From positions 1-38,779 of IMG/VR virus record IMGVR_UViG_3300044513_003348: DNA of 38,779 nucleotides; one strand, written 5' to 3'. How positions within the stretch are numbered: the first letter of the stretch is position 1; the number at the start of each line of letters is the position of its first letter. This document shows, in pieces, positions 17,801 through 25,777 of the stretch. The stretch is from a virus (lineage: Duplodnaviria; Caudoviricetes). The position numbers and the translations under genes are program-made. The notes below the pieces were generated by a model. It was given only the letters and a program-made list of their open reading frames with translations. It did no database searches and was not told where the DNA came from.

Positions 17801-20429
17801 TCGAGTCGTTATTATCTAACCAACTTCCTTTATTATATGACTGAGGAAATTTTCCTATTCCAATAAACCATCTATCATGACCCCTTTCTGTTGGTCTTGT
17901 ATAGTAACCCTGTTCTTCTATACTATCTCTTATTGGTCCAGCATATCCCCATACCCATAAAGTACCATTAGTTTTTACTGCTGCGGTATATTCTGCCCCA
18001 CAAGATACCTGTTTCCAATTAGTTGCTGTTCCCAATCTAACTGGCGTAAGTCGAGCAACAGTATCATTAATTCCCAATTGACCAGCCCAATTATTTCCCC
18101 ACACCCACAAACTACCGTCAGTCTTGATTGCACAGATATGATCTGCACCACAAGAAAGTCTTGACCAATTATTTCCACCAGCAGAAGTTTCTGTATTAGT
18201 TGTTCCCACTACGAGGGTATCACCTACGTTTAGATTAATACCTCGTGCAGGATGCGCAGGTCCAGCTGTACGAAGAGTTCCATTGGTTTTTACGTAAGCA
18301 AGCACATGTCCTGAAAAATTGGGAGAGTAAGCTCCAGTTTTGGTAGCATCAAAACATTTAACATCAGTATCACTATAATCGTTTGTATTGCTTGGTCTTC
18401 CTTGACTAAGTCCAGAACTATAGATTGAATACAATTCATTACTTGTATCTAAAACATATGATACTCCTGTGAATGACTTAGCGTCTTTCCAAGTAAATCC
18501 ACTAGTGTGTATAGATGTTGGTGTTTTAAAAAGCGTTGTTTGAGAGTAAAACCAGGTAAACCTACGATTACGATTATAACCCCAGCACCATAAAGTACCA
18601 TCGGTTTTGACTCCTATACCGTTGTCTTCTCCAATATGAACAGTTTGCCAACTACTATTATTGGGGAAGTTCGTGGTCGGAGTCGATTGGTAACCATTAT
18701 CTATGGGAAGAGCATAGTTGTAATAGTCTCTATTCCAACTCCACAGTTTGTTATTATCTTTTATTGCACACATTCCATGAGGACCAATGGACACATATCT
18801 TTCTGGATTATCATTATCAAAATCATCCTTCCAATCTGTTCCACCGACAAATGTTGTTATCGGAGTCCATGCAGAAGTTCTATCAAGCCCGTGCAGCACT
18901 TGATTAGCCTCAGATTGAGTTAGATTAGAACCACTTTCATAAGTCCGCTTAGAATTCCCCCAAACATATAACCTATTATTCTTTATTCCTGCAGAAGTAC
19001 AATTTCCAGCTGCTATTTCAGACCACGGACCTGGGTCAATAGGAACTGGAGTCTCTCTATTTATTTGATCACCTGTTCCTAATATACCATGTTGATTATT
19101 ACCCCAAGCCCATAAAGAACCATCAGTTTTTACAGCTAAAGCATATCTATTTCCAAGTTGAACTTGATCCCAATCAGTTCCACCAATATGTGTGGTTATT
19201 GGTGTTGGTCTAGTAATTGGTCCACTATAATTGGTAACTCCCAATAAGTCATAATCATTATGTCCCCAAGTCCACAATGTTCCATCCGTTTTTATTGCGG
19301 CTGAAGAATCTACCCATAGTTCATGAGCTAAGTAACCGACACCGTAGAATGAAATGTTGAGAGAACCATTATTAGTGGAGACACTATGCCTATACTTAAA
19401 GTTTGTTCCAAATGTGTTTTGTGCCCAATCAGAAGTAGCATTATGTGTCTGAGTTGGAGATATTATAAATTCTCTTCCCAAACTGTCTCCATGCCCCCAT
19501 GACCATAAAGTACCATCAGTTTTTGAAGCTAGAATATTATATTTCTCATTAGTTTTGGATGCTCTTGGGACAAAATAATTTTCACGGTAGTCTTCATTTA
19601 CTATATATCTTTGATAGGTATAATCATTATCATGAAAAAATCTTGATTTTTTAGAAAATTCTACTTTATCCCAATTAGTTCCACCAATACATAATGTTGT
19701 TGGAATAGTACCGGGTCCGATGAAGGGGTAAGTATATGAACTATCACCTTCCGCAGAAATTCCAAGTCCTCCATAATCATTATCACCCCATAACCACAAA
19801 GTGCCATCGGTTTTGACTGCTGCTACAGACCACTCACTAGTAGCAATATATTTCCAATTGGAATTTACTGATGGAATTGGAGTGCTTCCAGCAATAACAC
19901 CATCTGTACGAATACCTATGATGTTTCCCGCCAATCCCAACGAAATATATTCTTGAGTTTGGCCAATTTGATCAAACTCAACTCCATCAACGCCATACAA
20001 GGTTTCAAGATATGCAGTCCCATTATAATCTGATAAGCTGGTAGTCAGATCATAAACCAGACCATCTTCACCAAGACCATATGCATTGGTATTGCGAGAT
20101 AGTGTAATGTCAAATGGTGTACTAATTTGCTTCCAGTAATATCCAGGATAAGAAAGTTGTGGATGTTCTTCATAAACCATTGCATAATTTTGCAGTACAG
20201 TATTTTGAGCAGTTGACCATTCAATCTCAAATTTAGCTATTGGTGCCTGATTAACATATGTAACGTTCCCTCCACCTTGATACAGTTGACCAGTGTCTGG
20301 AAAAACTTTTTTCCAAACTCCAGAATCATTTACATACTGTCTAGATACTGTTCTCCAAATATTATTATCATACACATATGGTTGAGAAATAGATCTCCAA
20401 GTACCACTATCATTTACGTGTATAGACAT
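14880..20429 (-). CDS. Large RCC1/BLIP-II-repeat beta-propeller protein, putative fibre-tip adhesin
   Basis: 1849 aa with roughly 25 repeats of (GGT)xWxxVS.G....A.KTDGTLWxWG. The N-terminus has three Trp-containing short repeats. Lies directly downstream of the fibre and chaperone genes. Confidence 0.8.
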   Translation of the reverse strand: MSIHVNDSGTWRSISQPYVYDNNIWRTVSRQYVNDSGVWKKVFPDTGQLYQGGGNVTYVNQAPIAKFEIEWSTAQNTVLQNYAMVYEEHPQLSYPGYYWKQISTPFDITLSRNTNAYGLGEDGLVYDLTTSLSDYNGTAYLETLYGVDGVEFDQIGQTQEYISLGLAGNIIGIRTDGVIAGSTPIPSVNSNWKYIATSEWSVAAVKTDGTLWLWGDNDYGGLGISAEGDSSYTYPFIGPGTIPTTLCIGGTNWDKVEFSKKSRFFHDNDYTYQRYIVNEDYRENYFVPRASKTNEKYNILASKTDGTLWSWGHGDSLGREFIISPTQTHNATSDWAQNTFGTNFKYRHSVSTNNGSLNISFYGVGYLAHELWVDSSAAIKTDGTLWTWGHNDYDLLGVTNYSGPITRPTPITTHIGGTDWDQVQLGNRYALAVKTDGSLWAWGNNQHGILGTGDQINRETPVPIDPGPWSEIAAGNCTSAGIKNNRLYVWGNSKRTYESGSNLTQSEANQVLHGLDRTSAWTPITTFVGGTDWKDDFDNDNPERYVSIGPHGMCAIKDNNKLWSWNRDYYNYALPIDNGYQSTPTTNFPNNSSWQTVHIGEDNGIGVKTDGTLWCWGYNRNRRFTWFYSQTTLFKTPTSIHTSGFTWKDAKSFTGVSYVLDTSNELYSIYSSGLSQGRPSNTNDYSDTDVKCFDATKTGAYSPNFSGHVLAYVKTNGTLRTAGPAHPARGINLNVGDTLVVGTTNTETSAGGNNWSRLSCGADHICAIKTDGSLWVWGNNWAGQLGINDTVARLTPVRLGTATNWKQVSCGAEYTAAVKTNGTLWVWGYAGPIRDSIEEQGYYTRPTERGHDRWFIGIGKFPQSYNKGSWLDNNDSTNSYQGCTGTGVSYQYYQYKILTPVQVAGNNWSVVTTSNANVYKESYYSQNEEGTRCALAATKTDGTLWVWGNRSLLGIGDSWRINEGTMKKVVFQPMEWYFDSNLENWCAMSSNYVLPTQWDFGATVKHVSLKKGSPNSTDTISVIKTDGTLWMWGNSGKFNLTSTASLNQSGVRLFAHDYDSQNYGRSTPITMYGGGTNWKKVSMSDVGVVATKTDGTLWVWDKSTETNSGNTQRPVKIGTSTNWDVAARHRRGWSALKTDGTLWVSTGAYPRNNIMTGNEDMNFVTQIPGGGTDWSLPSDGGNHTFIATRGSSSSNRRLYTWANQDPFGVEYDDGGTGPRHNRQPLPPSLGISDFSQFFGSLPIVSSGGNWSDFSVSLNHGGAIDYSGNLWMWGTNEDDELGLSSGPDDVKRVTPVSGPTGPWRKISCGRSMYITLSNTDYNLGNYTLAVKQDGTPWSWGLFTNRIGIVDYTRYEYTPDITYPKLVPLSNISHFSFQAQLGQTTSSYIRTTPIPATGGTDWKLNNTSSSENTMTAGGIVLGYYSGFSNLGPDDKYSADVIYRNHTYGHGPSAAIKTDGTLWTWGGMEVYYTWNSYRYNEFDTPPRRTPPTPTTQYSGGTNWKSLSGRGQVFAAIKTDGTLWCWGHNRNYQVGNNSGGTGLDVVSTPVTTTTGGTNWKQVSVGNAVTAAVKTDGTLWAWGNGHHVGKGVGVYPRTPSEISGGPSAWDSVSVGYYMSAGIGTNDVFYWWGKRGTSSSNHDSYDIKYTPVAVQYAGTGLSWSQLSVGHDHLSIIRSDGTLWMWGKIKKVGGETSYTVRSIATTEFTPGSDWKQVSCTADGNAAVKTDGTLWVWGVMNCGLSGNNTWPNAQNGSPPVTMQTSNSLEWTNSPQENYYISETPVPVAGNDWAQVSLVERSIMATKTDGTLWIWGGRTQYDYNMIESVTGPQRVELDITTSSVKDVESSGGTSFWLK

Positions 20430-20432
20430 ATT

Positions 20433-21230
20433 TTATTCCCCCTCAGAAATTTCAACAATAGGATCATCGTAAGTTTTGTTTGGGATTGGGACGAAAGATA
20501 ATAAATTTAAGACACGATCGTCATCCATAAGAAAAATATTAAATTCTCCAATTTTTGAAGATAACCTAATCAAATGTGCAATATCACTGGGAGTTAAGTT
20601 TAAAGACTCAAGATCTATACTAGTTACATCTCTCAAAGACTGTCTATAATTTACAAAATCTTCAGAAAGATTTAAACCCCTTTCTTTAGCCATGATAATA
20701 ATATAATCAGTTTTATCTAGAAAATAATTTCTGATTTTTTTAATATGTTCCATGATATTAACTTTAATATCAGGTAAATTTTCTACAATATATTCATCTG
20801 TTGCAGTTAAATCATCGTGATTGTAAATTATATTATGTCTGACTCTTGTGGTTAAATTTTCTTCTGGTTTTTCCGTAAAAACACGTCTATATTTTTTATA
20901 TGTTTTTTTAATTATATAATTATCAGTATTTTCCCATTCGTTTGAAGGATTTTCTAAGTGTATATATTTTACACCATCTTCTTCAGTCTCTCCAGGATTT
21001 CCTTCATCAATTATAGTTAACCATTCATGATTGAAATAGAAATAATCATCCGTTGCAAGTGCTCCATTTCCAAAAAACCATCCAGGATGAGATGTAACCA
21101 TTCCATCTGGTTTTAAATAAGTTTTCTTTGATTGCTCTGTTCTCCACTCTTGAGTTGGTTCTGGAAGAACATCTGGTTCCCAGTATCTAGCTAGTGTACC
21201 ATCTGGTAGATTTTTTGTTATCCAACCCAT
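20433..21230 (-). CDS. Putative tail-fibre assembly chaperone
   Basis: C-terminal IRNYFLDKTDY...FVNYRQSLRDVT matches the RNxLLxxTD...YRQxLRDI phage tail assembly chaperone signature. Confidence 0.65.
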   Translation of the reverse strand: MGWITKNLPDGTLARYWEPDVLPEPTQEWRTEQSKKTYLKPDGMVTSHPGWFFGNGALATDDYFYFNHEWLTIIDEGNPGETEEDGVKYIHLENPSNEWENTDNYIIKKTYKKYRRVFTEKPEENLTTRVRHNIIYNHDDLTATDEYIVENLPDIKVNIMEHIKKIRNYFLDKTDYIIIMAKERGLNLSEDFVNYRQSLRDVTSIDLESLNLTPSDIAHLIRLSSKIGEFNIFLMDDDRVLNLLSFVPIPNKTYDDPIVEISEGE

Positions 21231-21260
21231 ATCAATAGTTTTTTATTCTTCTAGTACAGA

Positions 21261-21267
21261 TATTTAT
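21261..21267 (-). promoter_or_regulatory. T4-type late promoter box ATAAATA
   Basis: Intergenic plus-strand tatttat about 31 nt upstream of the 21230 start. Confidence 0.65.
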
Positions 21268-21281
21268 CAAATCAATCCAAA

Positions 21282-24200
21282 TTAATACTGGTACCAAATA
21301 TCATAAGCAGTCCCTCCGGTCGGAGAACTAGTTGAAACCGTTCTTGAACCCAATCCATTTGTTCCAGCAGCAGTTCCTTGAGGACCAAGAAATCCTTGAA
21401 TGCCCTGAAGACCTTGTAGACCTTGTAGACCTTGTGGACCTTGAATCCCTTGATATCCCCTATAACCTTGAATACCTTGAATGCCACCTCTAGAGAAAGT
21501 TACACCCATAGATGCTGAACTAAAGTTTCCAGAAAGGCTAGATGATAAAAATGTAGCACTAAATGTAAACCATCCACCATTATCTGTTATTGAATTAATT
21601 GCAAATAATGCATATTCCGAATTATCATCTTTATTCATTATTTGTACATGAGCTTTAGGTGTTCCAGGAACCGAAGCAAATGAATTAATATAATTATCTA
21701 AGTTAGCCGTTGATCTATCAGTATCGTCAATATAAATTGCAGTTGCACTACTTATGGTTGTATTATTAAATTTAACATTACCCCCTCCAGGGTCTGTCGA
21801 TTGAGTATTGTTGAGAAGATTATAATCAAAGGCAAATCCAGATCCACCAACCACACCTTGAATTCCCTGGCGACCCTGAGTACCTTGGACACCTTGACCA
21901 GCAAATTCACCATGTAATCCTTGTAAACCTTGAATCCCTTGAGGACCAAAAACTCCTTGGAGACCTTGTGGTCCAGCCTTGGAATAAGATACAAATTCCA
22001 ATGTTGTCCCATAAGGAACACCTTCACCTAAAGTAACAGAAGATCCATTAATTGCTGTAAATTCTGAAGAATTTAACTTAACACCATTTACATATACATC
22101 AATGTATCCTATACCATAAGATACATTGAAAGTAGTTTGACCTTCAGAACTTGCTGTTTGTGATGTGATAATCCTAGAAAAATATTCAGTGGTACCCTGA
22201 AGACCCAATGGTCCTTGAATACCTTGAATTCCCTGAATACCTTGAATACCTTGTAGTCCAAAAGACCCCTGAACTCCTTGAAGACCTTGTGGTCCCTGAA
22301 TACCTTGAACTCCTTGAAGACCTTGAACTCCTTGAAGACCTTGGAGTCCCTGAGTACCTTGTGGTCCCTGAATACCTTGAACTCCTTGTAGACCTTGAAC
22401 TCCTTGGAGACCTTGGAGTCCCTGAGTACCTTGTGGTCCCTGAATACCTTGAACTCCTTGAAGACCTTGAACTCCTTGTAGACCTTGAACTCCTTGTAGA
22501 CCTTGAACTCCTTGTAGACCTTGAACTCCTTGAAGACCTTGTGGTCCCTGAATACCTTGAACTCCTTGAAGACCTTGAACTCCTTGGAGACCTTGAACTC
22601 CTTGATAACCTTGAAGACCAATACCAGCGAAAGAACCGGCAACACCTTGCAATCCAGATCCTTGAAGACCTTGAAGACCTTGAGTACCTTGGACACCTTG
22701 ACCAGCAAATTCACCGTGCAATCCTTGTAAACCTTGAATCCCTTGAGTACCCTGGGTTCCTTGAGTGCCTTGAGTACCCTGGGTTCCTTGAGTGCCTTGA
22801 ACTCCTTGGAGACCTTGAACTCCTTGAAGACCCTGAGTACCCTGTGGACCTTGGAGACCTTGGGTTCCTTGAGTGCCTTGAAGACCCTGAGTACCCTGTG
22901 GACCTTGGAGACCTTGGGTTCCTTGAGTGCCTTGAAGACCTTGAGTGCCCTGGGTTCCTTGAGTGCCTTGAGTACCCTGAACTCCTTGGAGACCTTGAAC
23001 TCCTTGGAGACCTTGAAGACCAGTTCTGCCTTGAGCACCTTGTGTGCCTTGAGGTCCGGATCTGGTGTATGTAACAAAATCAACTCTTGTTCCTGATGAA
23101 AGACCAACAACAGCAGAAATAGTTATCGAAGTTTGATTTGTTGCTGCATATTCACTGGGACTTAATCGTATACCGTTTACATAAACATCAATATAAGCAT
23201 AACCATCACTGATTATATAATCTACATTAAATACTCTTTGTCCATTTGTTGATGCAAATTGAGTTGATGTAGTTCGAACAAAAAACTCTGCGGGTCCTTG
23301 AATACCTTGTCTTCCTTGAGTACCCTGAGAACCTTGCTCACCATCAGCACCAATATATCCTTCTCCACCCTGAACTCCAACACCAGCTATTCCCTGTATA
23401 CCTTGAGATACAAAAGCACCATCACGTCCTTGGAGACCTTGTGTGCCTTGAATACCTTGAAGTCCTCTATCTCCTTTATCACCAGTTCTAGCAAAAGTAA
23501 TAATTAATTCTTCATCAGCAGAAAAACTAGAAGCACTTCCAGAAACATATCCACATTCTACTTCAAAAAATCCAGTTTGTTCAGTTACGGTAGATATTAC
23601 AAATATTGCAAAATCAGTAGAGTCTAATTTATTGGATACTCTAAAGTGCCCTTTAATTGTAGAGGTAGAGTCATCAATAGTTCTCAGATAAGATTGAATA
23701 TCTGTTGACCCTATATCAGTATCATCAATATTAAGTATAGTTGCTGAAGTTATAGTTAAATCATTAAATCCTAATTTACCAGATCCAGGATCTCCAGAAG
23801 TTGATGTTGTAAAGTTATATCTAAAAGTAGCTCCACCAAAATTACCATCTCTTCCCTGAATACCCTGAGATCCTTGAGTACCCTGCGTTCCTTGTACACC
23901 CTGAAGACCTTGGAGTCCCTGAGTACCTTGAGTACCTTGGGTTCCTTGAACTCCTTGAAGACCTTGGGTTCCTTGTACACCCTGAAGACCTTGAGTACCT
24001 TGAGTACCCTGTGGACCTTGAGTTCCCTGAATACCTTGTAATCCAAAAGATCCTTGAACTCCTTGGTTCCCTTGAACTCCTTGGTTCCCTTGAACACCCT
24101 GATTTCCCTGAACGCCCTGAAGACCTTGAGTACCTTGGAATCCTTGAATGCCCTGTAAACCTTGTAATCCTTGAAGACCTTGGAATCCTTGTAAACCTTG

Positions 24201-24911
24201 AGTTCCTTGAACGCCTTGTGTTCCCCTTAAAGTACCACCACTTCTCCAAAGACTTGAACCACCATCCCAGGTCCAAAGTTCTCCAAGATCTACAGTAATA
24301 TATGAGTCTCCACTGTCTCCAATGTAAGAATTTGGATAACCAGGAAGAACTGTTGCGGTGCTTACTGTTCCAAGTAATCTAAATCCAGATCCCCTTAATC
24401 CTTGAAGACCTTGACGACCTTGAAGTCCCTGTCTACCTTGGATTCCTTGCAATCCTTGATATCCTTGGATACCACCAGCACCTTGAGTTCCTGTATCACC
24501 CTTCTCACCAGTAGGACCTTGAGGTCCTTGATTTCCTTCACCAGAAGTTCCCTGAACACCTTGTCCAGCAAAAGATCCTTCAAGTCCCTGAAGACCTTGA
24601 GGTCCCTGTATTCCGTCTAATCCCTGGAATCCAACTTTACCTTGAGTTCCATCCGTACCTTGTCTACCAAAAGCACCCTGTCTACCCTGAGTACCCTGCC
24701 ATCCATAACCTTGAATACCTTGAGTGCCTTGGAGACCTTGAGGACCAGCAGGACCAGAAGAATATGAAAGAGAATTCCAATCAGTGGTTCCATCACCAAT
24801 TTTAAGATTACCAGTGTCTAGTTCAACCGCGAGCTCACCTTCGGCAAGAATGGGATTTGCTGCTGCCCATTCTGCCGCTGTGCCTCTTCTGATTTGAATT
24901 CTAGTTGCCAT
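21282..24911 (-). CDS. Collagen-like (Gly-X-Gln) tail fibre with Mtd-like N-terminal domain
   Basis: The N-terminus [50 protein letters not shown] is an Mtd_N/hyaluronidase-type head. Long G-X-Q triplet runs are interrupted by globular domains. C-terminus [19 protein letters not shown]. Confidence 0.9.
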   Translation of the reverse strand: MATRIQIRRGTAAEWAAANPILAEGELAVELDTGNLKIGDGTTDWNSLSYSSGPAGPQGLQGTQGIQGYGWQGTQGRQGAFGRQGTDGTQGKVGFQGLDGIQGPQGLQGLEGSFAGQGVQGTSGEGNQGPQGPTGEKGDTGTQGAGGIQGYQGLQGIQGRQGLQGRQGLQGLRGSGFRLLGTVSTATVLPGYPNSYIGDSGDSYITVDLGELWTWDGGSSLWRSGGTLRGTQGVQGTQGLQGFQGLQGLQGLQGIQGFQGTQGLQGVQGNQGVQGNQGVQGNQGVQGSFGLQGIQGTQGPQGTQGTQGLQGVQGTQGLQGVQGTQGTQGTQGLQGLQGVQGTQGTQGSQGIQGRDGNFGGATFRYNFTTSTSGDPGSGKLGFNDLTITSATILNIDDTDIGSTDIQSYLRTIDDSTSTIKGHFRVSNKLDSTDFAIFVISTVTEQTGFFEVECGYVSGSASSFSADEELIITFARTGDKGDRGLQGIQGTQGLQGRDGAFVSQGIQGIAGVGVQGGEGYIGADGEQGSQGTQGRQGIQGPAEFFVRTTSTQFASTNGQRVFNVDYIISDGYAYIDVYVNGIRLSPSEYAATNQTSITISAVVGLSSGTRVDFVTYTRSGPQGTQGAQGRTGLQGLQGVQGLQGVQGTQGTQGTQGTQGLQGTQGTQGLQGPQGTQGLQGTQGTQGLQGPQGTQGLQGVQGLQGVQGTQGTQGTQGTQGTQGTQGIQGLQGLHGEFAGQGVQGTQGLQGLQGSGLQGVAGSFAGIGLQGYQGVQGLQGVQGLQGVQGIQGPQGLQGVQGLQGVQGLQGVQGLQGVQGLQGVQGIQGPQGTQGLQGLQGVQGLQGVQGIQGPQGTQGLQGLQGVQGLQGVQGIQGPQGLQGVQGSFGLQGIQGIQGIQGIQGPLGLQGTTEYFSRIITSQTASSEGQTTFNVSYGIGYIDVYVNGVKLNSSEFTAINGSSVTLGEGVPYGTTLEFVSYSKAGPQGLQGVFGPQGIQGLQGLHGEFAGQGVQGTQGRQGIQGVVGGSGFAFDYNLLNNTQSTDPGGGNVKFNNTTISSATAIYIDDTDRSTANLDNYINSFASVPGTPKAHVQIMNKDDNSEYALFAINSITDNGGWFTFSATFLSSSLSGNFSSASMGVTFSRGGIQGIQGYRGYQGIQGPQGLQGLQGLQGIQGFLGPQGTAAGTNGLGSRTVSTSSPTGGTAYDIWYQY
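22190..23056. repeat. Degenerate 9-bp tandem repeat tract (longest collagen segment), including an exact 54-bp tandem duplication at 22831-22938
   Basis: (ccttgaaga/ccttgaact/ccttgagta)n. ccctgagtaccctgtggaccttggagaccttgggttccttgagtgccttgaaga occurs at 22831 and 22885. Confidence 0.9.
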
Positions 24912-24914
24912 TTA

Positions 24915-25217
24915 TCAGATCGATCCCCCGTCTAATGATGTTATAGATCCATACACAGTGTCTGGATCTCCTCCATCAATATTAGTAGTCATTTCAACGA
25001 GAACTGTAGAAGTATCTTGCGATAAATTTACAGAAGAAACTGCGTTTCCAGTGAAATTTAATGATTTTATATTACTTGCAATATTTATTCCATCTTTCTC
25101 GACAGATATTTCAGTACCAAAATCGGTATCACCCTCAATGGTAACTCCTTTATAGAAAGTTACCTTCTCATTAAAAAAGGCTTCTTTACCAGTGCCCGTA
25201 AGTTTCTCAGATGCCAA
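24915..25217 (-). CDS. Small structural/adaptor protein
   Basis: 100 aa. N-terminal KEAFFNEKVTFYK resembles the start of cyanophage fibre genes that follow gp5. Ends in IDGG...LDGG motifs. Confidence 0.6.
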   Translation of the reverse strand: MASEKLTGTGKEAFFNEKVTFYKGVTIEGDTDFGTEISVEKDGINIASNIKSLNFTGNAVSSVNLSQDTSTVLVEMTTNIDGGDPDTVYGSITSLDGGSI

Positions 25218-25776
25218 TTTCTACTCCTCCGATTAGTGGTACATCAATAGTAAATGCTGTCTTAATAAGATCAAGTCCAAGGAAACTACCTTTAAATACT
25301 TTCATACCAAATGTTTCTGGAGCTGCATTTCCAGTTAGTGCTTTAATATCACACTTATTTGAATCTTGAAGTATTCTACCATTAACGGCTTTTAGAGTTA
25401 TATTTCTTCCAGCCTTTAAATCAAGATCTTCAGAAGCTTCAATTTGAACATTCTTTGCTTTAATTCTCACTCTACCATTTCTGGCAGCAGTAATACAAAC
25501 ATCTCCATTCAAACCAGCAATATTAATGTCGATAGATCCATCTTCTTCATTCTTTGATCCACCAATAATTTCAATAAGTCTATCGTTGTAAATATGATAT
25601 GTTCCAGCTTCAGAAAAACCAACTAGATTTACATCTTTACTATCATTTGTAGAATAAAAGTTGTAAAGATCAGGACCATTAAATCCCATTTGGGGATTCT
25701 TAACGTCTATCCTAAAAGAAGGACCACGAGAATCTATTTGTCTTGCTTCCCAATTCTGATTTGGTCTTTCCGCCAT
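25207..25776 (-). CDS. Baseplate spike-related protein (gp5 C-terminal beta-helix-like)
   Basis: Immediately follows gp5. Beta-strand repeats GDVCITAARNGRVRIKAKNVQIEASEDLDLKAGRNITLKA. Confidence 0.6.
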   Translation of the reverse strand: MAERPNQNWEARQIDSRGPSFRIDVKNPQMGFNGPDLYNFYSTNDSKDVNLVGFSEAGTYHIYNDRLIEIIGGSKNEEDGSIDINIAGLNGDVCITAARNGRVRIKAKNVQIEASEDLDLKAGRNITLKAVNGRILQDSNKCDIKALTGNAAPETFGMKVFKGSFLGLDLIKTAFTIDVPLIGGVEIGI

Positions 25777-25777
25777 T

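Noticed and set aside
22190-24230. CRISPR-like array
   Set aside because: Repeats are contiguous coding triplet units without unique spacers, and no cas genes are present
21272-24799. Long alternative-frame ORFs in the collagen gene (KEFKVLK..., LELLEDL..., TLSTL...)
   Set aside because: Shadows of the stop-free 9-bp repeat. They are low-complexity and confined to the repeat tracts.
14880-24911. Diversity-generating retroelement suggested by the Mtd-like N-terminus and repeats
   Set aside because: No reverse transcriptase in the window. I saw no ~100-bp template/variable repeat pair differing only at adenines, and only the Mtd N-terminal domain is present, not the C-type lectin target.
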